Below are positions 41,086 to 52,251 of a stretch of 52,251 nucleotides of DNA, in pieces. Source of the stretch: Candidatus Saccharimonadales bacterium. GTDB taxonomy: Bacteria; Patescibacteriota; Saccharimonadia; Saccharimonadales; UBA10212. Under the pieces are notes generated by a model. It was not told the origin of the DNA. It did not search any database and was given only the letters and a program-made list of their open reading frames with translations. Every line of letters starts with the position of its first letter. The stretch's first letter is position 1. Both the position numbers and the translations under genes were made by a program. The DNA is taken from NCBI GenBank assembly GCA_038245195.1, contig JBBRSU010000005.1, forward strand, positions 1-52,251. The letters are read 5' to 3'.

Positions 41086-42912
41086 TTATTGCTGGGCTAA
41101 GCGTTTTCGTTTGTTGGGGTCAAGCTCACGTTTGCGAAGTCGCAGACATTTGGGAGTAACTTCTAACAACTCGTCGGTTTCCAGAAAGTCCAGACATTGC
41201 TCAAGGCTAAAAATTGTCGGAGGCGTTAGTTGGACAGTGCCGTCGCTAGAACTGCTGCGCATATTGGTTAGGTGTTTGGCTTTGCAAACGTTTATTTCCA
41301 TATCGTCATTGCGCCGATTTAGCCCAATAATTTGGCCGGCATAAACTTTTTCGGCCGGTCCAACAAAAATAGTGCCACGAGCTTCGGCGGTTTCTAGACT
41401 ATAAGCCATAGTCGTTCCGGTTTCATAGGCAATCAATACACCATTGCGTAGTTTTTGGAGTGGCGATCCCAGGGGGTTGTAACCAATCATTAAACTGTTC
41501 ATAATCACCGTGCCTTTTGTGCTGGTTATCAAAATATTACGCAGGCCAAGTAGTGCCCGGGTTGGCAGTTCGTAAATTAGTTTGGTCACGCCCTTGGGGC
41601 TAGCGAATTGTTCTTTGAGCATAGCCCGACGGGTGCCAAGTTCTTGCTGGACAGCACCAACGTGTTCGGCCGGCACTTCTATAATTAGCTCTTCGACCGG
41701 TTCGACGGTCTTGCCATCTTGCTCGTGGGTAACTACCTGTGGCCGGCCGACTTCAAATTCGTAACCTTCTCGGCGTAGCTCCTCAATTAAAACAGATAGG
41801 TGCAGCTCACCGCGCCCGGACACATTAAAGCCGATAGCTTCTTCTACAACCCTTAGGCCGACATTGGTTTCCAGTTCTTTTTTCAACCTATCACCAATTT
41901 GACGGCTGGTACTGAACTCGCCTTCAGTGCCTTTAAACGGGCTAGTGTTGGGGCCAAGATATATCTTTAGAGTTGGTGCTTCAACTTCCATTACTGGCAA
42001 AGCTTCGGGTTTTAAGTCGTCGGCGACGGTTTCGCCGATTTGGGCCTCGCCAATGCCAGTTAACTGCACAATGTCACCGGCAATCCCAGCTGCCACTTCG
42101 GCTTTACCGGTACCATGGCTAATCAGTACGCTATCCACCCTGGCTTTAGCCATGGTGCCGTCCTTTTTGCACAAAGTTACCTGTTCGCCCGGCCTAACAC
42201 TGCCACTGTTTATTCGGCCGATTACGTATTTGCCCTTAAAATTATCGTAAGCCAAAGCCGATATTAACATTTGGAATGGTTTGGCGACGTCAACCGCCGG
42301 TGCTGGAATTTGGTCGCGGATGGCGTCAAAGATAATTTCCAAATCACCAGTTGTTTCAATGTCAGTAGGCGGTTTGGCCCAGGCTTTACCGGTCCGACCG
42401 ACAGCGTAGTACACCGGGTAGTGCAGTTGGTCTTCATGCACGGCCAATTCTAAGAATAAATCGGCCAACTCGTCTTCTACCTCAGCAATCCTGGAACTGT
42501 TTTTGTCGATTTTATTGATTATGACAATTGGCTTCAGCTCATTTGCCAAAGCGATGCCCAAAACAAACTTTGTTTGGGGCATCGGGCCTTCTTGAGCATC
42601 AACAATTAGTAAACAGCCGTCTGCCATATTTATGGTGCGCTCGACTTCACCGCTAAAATCGGCGTGCCCGGGAGTATCAATGATGTTAATCCGGTAATCG
42701 TCGTGCTGTACGGCAGTTACCTTGGCCGTAATGGTAATACCCCGCTCACGCTCTTGATCACCGCTGTCCATAATTAAATCTTGGCTCATTTCAGCTTGGT
42801 TATCCCTAAAGGTGTGGCTCTGTTTTAATAACCCATCCACCAAGGTAGTCTTACCGTGGTCAACGTGGGCGATAATCGCAATATTTCGAATTTTAGATGG
42901 GTCTTGCTTCAT
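41086..42912 (-). CDS. typA: Translational GTPase TypA/BipA
   Basis: AHVDHGKTT, DTPGHADF, GRGELHL, ELLEVTP; start at ATG 42912 (MKQDP). Confidence 0.97.
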   Translation of the reverse strand: MKQDPSKIRNIAIIAHVDHGKTTLVDGLLKQSHTFRDNQAEMSQDLIMDSGDQERERGITITAKVTAVQHDDYRINIIDTPGHADFSGEVERTINMADGCLLIVDAQEGPMPQTKFVLGIALANELKPIVIINKIDKNSSRIAEVEDELADLFLELAVHEDQLHYPVYYAVGRTGKAWAKPPTDIETTGDLEIIFDAIRDQIPAPAVDVAKPFQMLISALAYDNFKGKYVIGRINSGSVRPGEQVTLCKKDGTMAKARVDSVLISHGTGKAEVAAGIAGDIVQLTGIGEAQIGETVADDLKPEALPVMEVEAPTLKIYLGPNTSPFKGTEGEFSTSRQIGDRLKKELETNVGLRVVEEAIGFNVSGRGELHLSVLIEELRREGYEFEVGRPQVVTHEQDGKTVEPVEELIIEVPAEHVGAVQQELGTRRAMLKEQFASPKGVTKLIYELPTRALLGLRNILITSTKGTVIMNSLMIGYNPLGSPLQKLRNGVLIAYETGTTMAYSLETAEARGTIFVGPAEKVYAGQIIGLNRRNDDMEINVCKAKHLTNMRSSSSDGTVQLTPPTIFSLEQCLDFLETDELLEVTPKCLRLRKRELDPNKRKRLAQQ

Positions 42913-42991
42913 AAAAAATAGCGCCCGAGTAGGGCAAATTAACAACTATTGCAGTATATTATAGCATAAGCAAGGTGTTAATGCTACAACT

Positions 42992-43672
42992 TTAGGCTTT
43001 TAGGGTCTGGATTTCCTCATCCGTTAAGTCTCGCCACCGGCCTGGCTTAAGTTCGTCGAGCGTTAAGGAGCCATATTGTGAACGGTGCAGTTTATTTAAA
43101 TCAAGACCAACAATCGATAGCATCCTTTTTACTTGATGATTTCGACCTTCGTGAATTGTCAGCTGAATTTTATCATCGCCTAACTTCAGAGCTTTGGCTG
43201 GAGCGGTTTTGCCGTCATCTAAAGCTACGCCAATACTTAACAAGTTAAGTATTTCAGCGGTTATATCTCCGCTGACTTCGGCTTCATAGACCTTATCTAC
43301 TTTAAAACTTGGATGAGTCAATCTGTTAATTAGCTCGCCATCGTTGCTCATTATCAAAACCCCAGTAGTATTAAAATCTAAGCGGCCGGCCGGTACTACT
43401 CTTTCAGGAATCCTAACTAAGTCAGTTACTTTTACCCGGTTCTCTGGGTCTTTTAGCGTGGTAACATAGCCAGCTGGTTTGTATAACAATATGTAGCGCA
43501 ATTTTTGAGTACCAACCCGGCGACCGTTTAGTTTTACATCATCGCTATCCGAAACATCATCATTGAGTTGACCCAGCCGTCCGTTCACCGAAACTCGCCC
43601 AGCTTTAATTAGTCTATCTGCTCCCCGGCGCGATGTTACCCCAGCCCTAGCCAAAAAAGCATTAAGCCGCAT
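42992..43672 (-). CDS. RsuA/RluB-family rRNA pseudouridine synthase
   Basis: S4 domain SRRGAD, GRLD, EGRNHQVKRM. Confidence 0.93.
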   Translation of the reverse strand: MRLNAFLARAGVTSRRGADRLIKAGRVSVNGRLGQLNDDVSDSDDVKLNGRRVGTQKLRYILLYKPAGYVTTLKDPENRVKVTDLVRIPERVVPAGRLDFNTTGVLIMSNDGELINRLTHPSFKVDKVYEAEVSGDITAEILNLLSIGVALDDGKTAPAKALKLGDDKIQLTIHEGRNHQVKRMLSIVGLDLNKLHRSQYGSLTLDELKPGRWRDLTDEEIQTLKA

Positions 43673-43862
43673 AAAAAGCCAGATATAAAAACACTACGCC
43701 CAAGCCGAAAAAAACAACCATGCCCTTTTTTTCGTGCTGCGGGGCATGCCAAACATGACCAAACTTAGTAAACCAAGTATTGTAACCGTACTTAATTTGA
43801 AGATAGTCCCGGTATATATGCAGGAAACAAAAGGTTGCTAACAATATAAAAATAATCTTCAT
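43662..43862 (-). CDS. Small hypothetical two-TM protein (66 aa)
   Basis: MKIIFILLATF...FLYLAFYAA; fills the gap between tRNA-Ala and the synthase and overlaps the synthase start by 11 nt. Confidence 0.55.
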   Translation of the reverse strand: MKIIFILLATFCFLHIYRDYLQIKYGYNTWFTKFGHVWHAPQHEKKGMVVFFGLGVVFLYLAFYAA

Positions 43863-43867
43863 TAAAA

Positions 43868-43944
43868 TGGTGGAGACACGGGGACTCGAACCCCGGACCT
43901 CCTGCATGCCATGCAGGCGCTCTAGCCAACTGAGCTATATCCCC
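43868..43944 (-). tRNA. tRNA-Ala(GGC)
   Basis: GGGGATATAGCTCAGTTGG...CCTGC-ATGGCAT-GCAGG...GGTTCGAGTCC...TCTCCACCA; G3:U70 pair. Confidence 0.95.
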
Positions 43945-43989
43945 GAACAAAAGAACAGAGTGAATTATACAAAAATTAACTTCTTAATT

Positions 43990-44424
43990 CTAGTGGTGGT
44001 GGCCGTGGCCGATGCCCCGGGCAATCATAAGTCGGTTAACCGGCACTGTAATAATAAAAGCTATTGCCAGTGATAGTAGTAGACTCCACCAAAATAACCC
44101 ATCGCCTAAATTGGCACTTATAGCACCTGGTACCAACAATATAAACATATTATCAACTGCTTCCATGGTGCTAATTGACACGGTATCGGTGGCCAATGCT
44201 GTTTTTATTGCTTTATTTCTGTCTTTAAGTTTTCGATAAACAGAGTTAAACGTTAGACCATAGCCGAAAACAAAAGCTAGCAATATCGAGATAATGATGC
44301 TGGCTAGATTAGACCATTTCAATGCAGTGCTTATAACCATTCCTAATATTTCACCAATGGCACAGCCGGTTAGGCAGTGCCTAGTATGGGTTATAGCTTG
44401 CCTGGTCAAGTTATCCAAATGCAT
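43990..44424 (-). CDS. DUF4396-like membrane protein
   Basis: THTRHCLTGCAIGE, DTVSISTME, PVNRLMIARG, His-rich tail. Confidence 0.8.
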   Translation of the reverse strand: MHLDNLTRQAITHTRHCLTGCAIGEILGMVISTALKWSNLASIIISILLAFVFGYGLTFNSVYRKLKDRNKAIKTALATDTVSISTMEAVDNMFILLVPGAISANLGDGLFWWSLLLSLAIAFIITVPVNRLMIARGIGHGHHH

Positions 44425-44479
44425 GAGTCTTATTGTACTGGCACAGACCCTTAATAAAAAACTTGATAGACTGTATTAG

Positions 44480-45115
44480 ATGGTTAATAAATCCGATGAG
44501 CCAAGAATTAGACATATCTTTAAAAATTTTTGGCTTGCGGCCAGCCTGGGTTTTGTTTTGGGAGTTTTGGTAGTGCTTGTTGTCAGATTCTCTACCTACA
44601 AAGTCCCGAGCACTCATTATCACGCTAATTTCGCGGTTTTCATTAACGGTCAACAGCAGTTGTTTAAGGACGATTTTTATTACCAGGAGGTAGGTGCTGC
44701 TTGCACTGCCCAAGCCAACATCACTCCACACGACCGGGCTCACATGCACGAGCATGAAGCTGGTTTAGTACATGTTCACGATAACGCGGTAACTTGGGGT
44801 CAGTTTTTCCAGAATATTGGCTGGGATATTAACCCCTTCTTTGTTAAAACTCCAACTCAAGTATTGTTAGCTGATGATACGCATAAAGTTACATTTTTGG
44901 TCAACGGCCAAGTGGTTCCAAATATTGAAACCCAGGTAATTGGTGACCGCGATAAGCTTCTGGTTGATTATGGCGATGAATCACCAAATACGCTGCAGAC
45001 TGAAACAAAATCTATTCCCTCAACAGCCGCCAAGGAAGATGTCACCCAAGACCCGGCCAGCTGTAGTGGCAGTACTCCGACCACCTTTCACGACCGTATC
45101 ACACACTTGTTTTAG
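44480..45115 (+). CDS. Membrane-anchored His-rich hypothetical protein
   Basis: One N-terminal TM helix; HYHANF, HDRAHMHEHE, HVHD; two Cys. Confidence 0.75.
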   Translation: MVNKSDEPRIRHIFKNFWLAASLGFVLGVLVVLVVRFSTYKVPSTHYHANFAVFINGQQQLFKDDFYYQEVGAACTAQANITPHDRAHMHEHEAGLVHVHDNAVTWGQFFQNIGWDINPFFVKTPTQVLLADDTHKVTFLVNGQVVPNIETQVIGDRDKLLVDYGDESPNTLQTETKSIPSTAAKEDVTQDPASCSGSTPTTFHDRITHLF

Positions 45116-45131
45116 TATAATCACTTATTAA

Positions 45132-45207
45132 GGGGCTGTAGCTCACCTGGTAGAGCGCGGCATTCGCATTGCCGAGGTAAGGAGTTCGAGTCTCCTCAGC
45201 TCCACCA
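45132..45207 (+). tRNA. tRNA-Ala(CGC)
   Basis: GGGGCTGTAGCTCA...CGGCA-TTCGCAT-TGCCG...GTTCGAGTC...CTCCACCA; TATAAT at 45116-45121. Confidence 0.95.
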
Positions 45208-45209
45208 TC

Positions 45210-45239
45210 AAAAAAACTCGTCGGTTTGACGAGTTTTTT
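45210..45239. terminator. Bidirectional intrinsic terminator
   Basis: AAAAAACTCGTC-GGTTT-GACGAGTTTTTT perfect inverted repeat giving a T-tract on either strand. Confidence 0.85.
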
Positions 45240-45243
45240 ACTT

Positions 45244-45362
45244 CTTCGCACAGCCCACCCGTGGGCCCGGGTACTTGCTTTTATTTTCGAGGCCAAAATT
45301 ATTTGGACCTTAACCTCTTGGGTGTTTATTTTGCTTGTATGCGCGAGCCCTGGTGCGCGAAG
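45244..45362 (-). ncRNA. Candidate structured ncRNA with a 6S RNA-like rod fold
   Basis: Hand-folded closing stems, A-rich central bubble and apical stem. G:U pairs favour the minus strand. TTGACA lies upstream and a terminator downstream. Confidence 0.5.
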
Positions 45363-45380
45363 CTTAACTACATTACACGC

Positions 45381-48900
<3,520 letters not shown>

Positions 48901-48934
48901 AGCTATATTATAGCCTAAAACAGGGGTATCATGG

Positions 48935-49804
48935 CTACAATTTCATTTCGCGGAGAGCGGCAACCCGGGCCTCGAGTGGCGGATGGGTGCTGAATAAGTT
49001 CAAAAGACTGTGGCCTTTTAGAGGGCTAGCAAAAAACATGTGAGCGGTTGAGGTGTTTTGGGCTTTGGTCGCGCTACCAGTGGTTTCTAGTTTTTCCAAA
49101 GCACTAGCTAGTCCTTCCGGGTAGCGAGTGGTTAGTGCCCCGGTGGCATCAGCCAAAAACTCTCGCCGGCGAGATATTGCCAGCTGTAACAACGAGGCCG
49201 CAAACGGCGCCAAAATGGCTGCCACAATAGCCAAAACAATAAATAACTGGTTATTGTTCTCGCGATCATCGCCACCAAAGAAAGAGATTCTTAAAAAGAA
49301 ATCCGCGATGAGTGAGATAACTCCTACTAGTGCAAACGCCAGAGTATTGACTCGCACATCATAGTTTTTGATGTGACCTAGTTCGTGAGCAATCACTCCT
49401 TGTAATTCGTTGTCGTCCATAATTTGAAGCAATCCGCTGGTGGCACAAACTACTCCGTGGTTATAATCTCGGCCGGTAGCAAAAGCGTTGGGTGCCGGGT
49501 CGTCCATTATATAAACTTTGGGCATCGGCAACCCATCGGTAATCGCCAAGTTTTCAACGGTTCGCCATAACCGCGGATCATCGGATTTTTGAATTTCCTT
49601 AGCCCCGTTGACCGCCAGTGCCATTTTGGCGCCAGCAAAATAGCCGAAAATACTATAGCCAATTGCAAAAATACCGATAAAGAACAATAGCCCTGGGTTA
49701 CCGGTGGCCTTGCTAACGACCAAAGCCAAGCCCCACAACAAAGCCAAAAAGAATACCATCAAAAAAACTGTCCGGCGCTTATTGCTGGCAATTTGGTCGT
49801 ACAT
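48935..49804 (-). CDS. htpX: HtpX (M48) membrane zinc metalloprotease
   Basis: PNAFATG, HELGH, RRREFLAD, STHPP. Confidence 0.93.
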   Translation of the reverse strand: MYDQIASNKRRTVFLMVFFLALLWGLALVVSKATGNPGLLFFIGIFAIGYSIFGYFAGAKMALAVNGAKEIQKSDDPRLWRTVENLAITDGLPMPKVYIMDDPAPNAFATGRDYNHGVVCATSGLLQIMDDNELQGVIAHELGHIKNYDVRVNTLAFALVGVISLIADFFLRISFFGGDDRENNNQLFIVLAIVAAILAPFAASLLQLAISRRREFLADATGALTTRYPEGLASALEKLETTGSATKAQNTSTAHMFFASPLKGHSLLNLFSTHPPLEARVAALREMKL

Positions 49805-49815
49805 CTGTATCTGTA

Positions 49816-50406
49816 TTATTTAGCTTTAGGCTCAGAATCGGCTGAGAAATCAACTTTAACTGGGTCGGCAACAGCAGCGGCTTCGCCAGCATCGACCTCG
49901 AAGAAATCACGAATTTTAAAGCCCAGCATCCCGGCGAATACATTAGTTGGAAAAGTTTGAATTTTGACGTTCAAATCGCGGGCCGCACCGTTATAGAAAC
50001 GGCGAGCAGCTTGAATTTTATCTTCGGTATCGACAAGTTCGGCCTGGAGCTGTTGAAAACTTTGGTTGGCCTTAAGGTCTGGGTAGGCCTCGGCCACCGC
50101 GAACAAGCTCTTTAGAGCCGTTTGGAACTGATTATCGGCCTTAGCGGCCTCTGGCACGGTTTGGGCACTTAATGCCTGAGCCCGGGCTTCTGTTACATCC
50201 TCAAAGACGGTTTTTTCATGTGAGGCATAACCCTTAACCGCGTTTACCAGGTTAGGTATTAGATCGTAACGCCGTTTCAGCTGTACGGAGATATCACTCC
50301 ACGCTTCATCAACTCTAACCTTGGCCCTAACTAAACCGTTATAAATATAAATGACCAATAGCACCAAAACGCCTAAAACTATCAAACCAATTACTGTTCC
50401 TGACAT
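49816..50406 (-). CDS. lemA: LemA family protein
   Basis: QLKRRYDLIPNLV, EAYPDLKAN, RRFYN. Confidence 0.95.
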   Translation of the reverse strand: MSGTVIGLIVLGVLVLLVIYIYNGLVRAKVRVDEAWSDISVQLKRRYDLIPNLVNAVKGYASHEKTVFEDVTEARAQALSAQTVPEAAKADNQFQTALKSLFAVAEAYPDLKANQSFQQLQAELVDTEDKIQAARRFYNGAARDLNVKIQTFPTNVFAGMLGFKIRDFFEVDAGEAAAVADPVKVDFSADSEPKAK

Positions 50407-50486
50407 AATCCTAAAATCCTCTCCTTTAGTTATAGATTATACAGAATATCACCGGCCATAAAAAGGTATTATGGTATTGATTAGTT

Positions 50487-51674
50487 ATGAGACATATATC
50501 AAACAAGCTCCGGTTGATGGTAGCCCTACTAATGTTTGGAGTACTAGTGGTTGGTTTATATCTACGCCCTTTGCCTCAAATCCAACCCGTTAATACTGAT
50601 ATTACACTGCCAAAAAGCACCGCGGTTGAACTAGCCTGGCCCTCCAGTGGGCAAGCGGCCTTCGGTGCCTTGGGCTATGGTTTATTAGAAGCTCACAACA
50701 ACACCGCTCCGCAATCAATTGCCAGTGTGGCAAAAGTTATTACGGCTTTGGCGGTTCTTCAGCAGAAACCTTTGATTTCCGCCAGCCAGGGTCCAATTAT
50801 AACGTTGGATGCTACAGATGTAGGTTACTACAATTACTACGCCACCAACGACGGTTCGGTAGTCAAGGTTAGCCAAGGTGAACAAATCAGCGAATATCAA
50901 GCACTTCAGGCAATGCTAATTGCTTCATCGAATAATTTAGCCGATTCACTGACCCGCTGGGCTTTTGGCTCACTGGCAGCCTATACCACCTACGCCAATC
51001 AAATGGTGGGCGGGCTGGGCTTGACCCACACAACTGTTGGCGATACTAATGGTTTTGACGACACCACGACCAGCACCGCCGATGATTTGGTGAAATTGGG
51101 CCTAAAAGCCATCCAAGACCCGGTAATTTCCGATATAGTCAACCAGCCAACTGCCACAATCCCAATAGCTGGACAGATTAAAAACGTTAATTGGCTGTTG
51201 GGCAGTGACGGTGTGATGGGCATAAAAACCGGCAATACCGATAAAGCTGGCGGCTGCTACTTGTTTGCAGCTAAACGGGTTGTAGAGGGAAGCAAGGTTA
51301 CGATGGTTGGAGCTGTTTTAGGCACCCCCAGCCTTAGTGCAGCTATTTCAGCTGCCCCACCCCTGCTAATCGCCGCTGATTCTGGGTTCCAACAACAAAA
51401 AGTTATCTCTAAAGACCAAGTAGTGGCCACCTACCACGCACCGTGGGGTGCTTCGGCTCAAGCAAAATCTACTAAGGACGTTTCGCAGTTAGCCTGGAAG
51501 GGCAACGAACTTAAATTATCAAATAATCTGCAATCTATCCGAGCGCCAGTGGCTTACAACTCAACACTTGGTTCAGTTACCATATCCAGTGGTAACCAAT
51601 CTACAAACTCCAGGCTGTTTCTTACTCCCGCTTTGCCCGGCCCAAGCTGGCACTGGCGTATATTCCATAGATAA
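50487..51674 (+). CDS. D-alanyl-D-alanine carboxypeptidase (peptidase S11, DacA-like)
   Basis: SxxK (SVAK), SxN (SSN), KTG; N-terminal anchor. Confidence 0.88.
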   Translation: MRHISNKLRLMVALLMFGVLVVGLYLRPLPQIQPVNTDITLPKSTAVELAWPSSGQAAFGALGYGLLEAHNNTAPQSIASVAKVITALAVLQQKPLISASQGPIITLDATDVGYYNYYATNDGSVVKVSQGEQISEYQALQAMLIASSNNLADSLTRWAFGSLAAYTTYANQMVGGLGLTHTTVGDTNGFDDTTTSTADDLVKLGLKAIQDPVISDIVNQPTATIPIAGQIKNVNWLLGSDGVMGIKTGNTDKAGGCYLFAAKRVVEGSKVTMVGAVLGTPSLSAAISAAPPLLIAADSGFQQQKVISKDQVVATYHAPWGASAQAKSTKDVSQLAWKGNELKLSNNLQSIRAPVAYNSTLGSVTISSGNQSTNSRLFLTPALPGPSWHWRIFHR

Positions 51675-51734
51675 TACTTAACTTGTTAAGTATTATCTAT
51701 GGCTATGGGTTTTGTGCTAAGCTAACAGGGGTAA

Positions 51735-51821
51735 GGGCGAATGGCGGAATTGGTAGACGCGCTAGCTTCAGGAGCTAGTGTTCGCAAGAACGTGGAGGTT
51801 CAAGTCCTCTTTCGCCCACCA
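51735..51821 (+). tRNA. tRNA-Leu(CAG)
   Basis: GGGCGAATGGCGGAATTGGTAGACGCG-CTAGC-TTCAGGA-GCTAG, long variable arm, GGTTCAAGTCC...TTCGCCCACCA. Confidence 0.95.
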
Positions 51822-52251
51822 AAGCTTCCTTATTCAAACCAACACGAGGCGCCCCCCACCCGGCGGGCGCCTTTGTCGTGGGCGCCAGCACCGCCCGGGC
51901 ACGGCTCATCCCAGCGGCCGCGAGCGGGGTTGTCGCGGTGAGCTGACGTACCTCAGGGCTGAGAAGGAGATCAAAGGGCTCTGCCAGGACGCCGGAGAGT
52001 TCGCCGTCTTCTTCGACGATGATCTTCTTGAACATGGCTTGATTGATCTTCCGCCGTACTGCGTCTGGTGCGCTTTGGTAGGCGACCTGGGTATTCGTTG
52101 CCAGCGAGAGCGCTGCGTTGAGCTGACTGTCTTGTCCTTCTTCAAGCCGGGCAGTTTCAGCAAATCTCTGTTCAATGTGGTTGAGTGCGTCGCCGATTCG
52201 CGCCTGTTCGCTCTTGAGCAGATCGAGGGGAACCGCTTCGGCGTAGTGAGC
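51775..52251 (-). CDS. Large serine recombinase, C-terminal part (5' end beyond the window)
   Basis: Frame is open from 52251: AHYAEAVPLDLLKSEQARI...YQSAPDAVRRKINQAMFKKIIV...LAEPF. This resembles the coiled-coil end of large serine recombinases and reads antisense into tRNA-Leu. The catalytic domain is not visible. Confidence 0.7.
   Translation of the reverse strand, partial: AHYAEAVPLDLLKSEQARIGDALNHIEQRFAETARLEEGQDSQLNAALSLATNTQVAYQSAPDAVRRKINQAMFKKIIVEEDGELSGVLAEPFDLLLSPEVRQLTATTPLAAAGMSRARAVLAPTTKAPAGWGAPRVGLNKEALVGERGLEPPRSCEH
51822..52251. mobile_element. Left edge of an integrative element or prophage at tRNA-Leu
   Basis: G+C rises just after the tRNA CCA (42/60 G+C at 51901-51960) and the recombinase-like gene converges on the tRNA. 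Confidence 0.7.

Noticed and set aside
51906-52175. 89-aa ORF suggesting a frameshifted recombinase
   Set aside because: The recombinase frame is open continuously from 52251 to 51775; this is an alternative-frame shadow.

Overview
Chromosomal segment of a small-genome bacterium using genetic code 11. Gene content and order (rpmF-nusB-NUDIX-rnc-rpsP-khpA-trmD, F1Fo ATP synthase, zwf, lemA-htpX, large Ser/Thr/Gly-rich surface proteins) suggest Patescibacteria/CPR, probably Saccharimonadia (inference). From left to right it holds a surface-protein cluster (two DUF916/WxLIP-like anchored proteins, a 1236-aa mosaic fibre-like protein with an LVIVD propeller, and a 785-aa repeat protein), an ABC exporter, zwf, the complete atpBEFHAGDC operon, dipZ, an RRM protein, a divergent Ddl-like ligase, an LPxTG protein, a second ABC exporter, sodA, a translation cluster, leuS, a GtrB/GtrA/membrane-GT-PIG-L glycosylation cassette, murF-ddl-class IV aminotransferase, typA, a pseudouridine synthase, rdgB, ligA, htpX, lemA and a D,D-carboxypeptidase. 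There are four tRNAs (Gln-CTG, Ala-GGC, Ala-CGC, Leu-CAG), and the window ends at the edge of a high-GC element carrying a large serine recombinase at tRNA-Leu. The best leads are the WxLIP-associated surface/adhesion cluster, an unannotated 6S-like RNA at about 45.2-45.4 kb, the actinobacterial-like recombinase element, the GT-deacetylase fusion, a 27-aa ORF coupled to atpB, widespread leaderless promoters and a recurrent AACAGGGGT promoter motif. All family calls come from motif recognition by eye; no searches were run.
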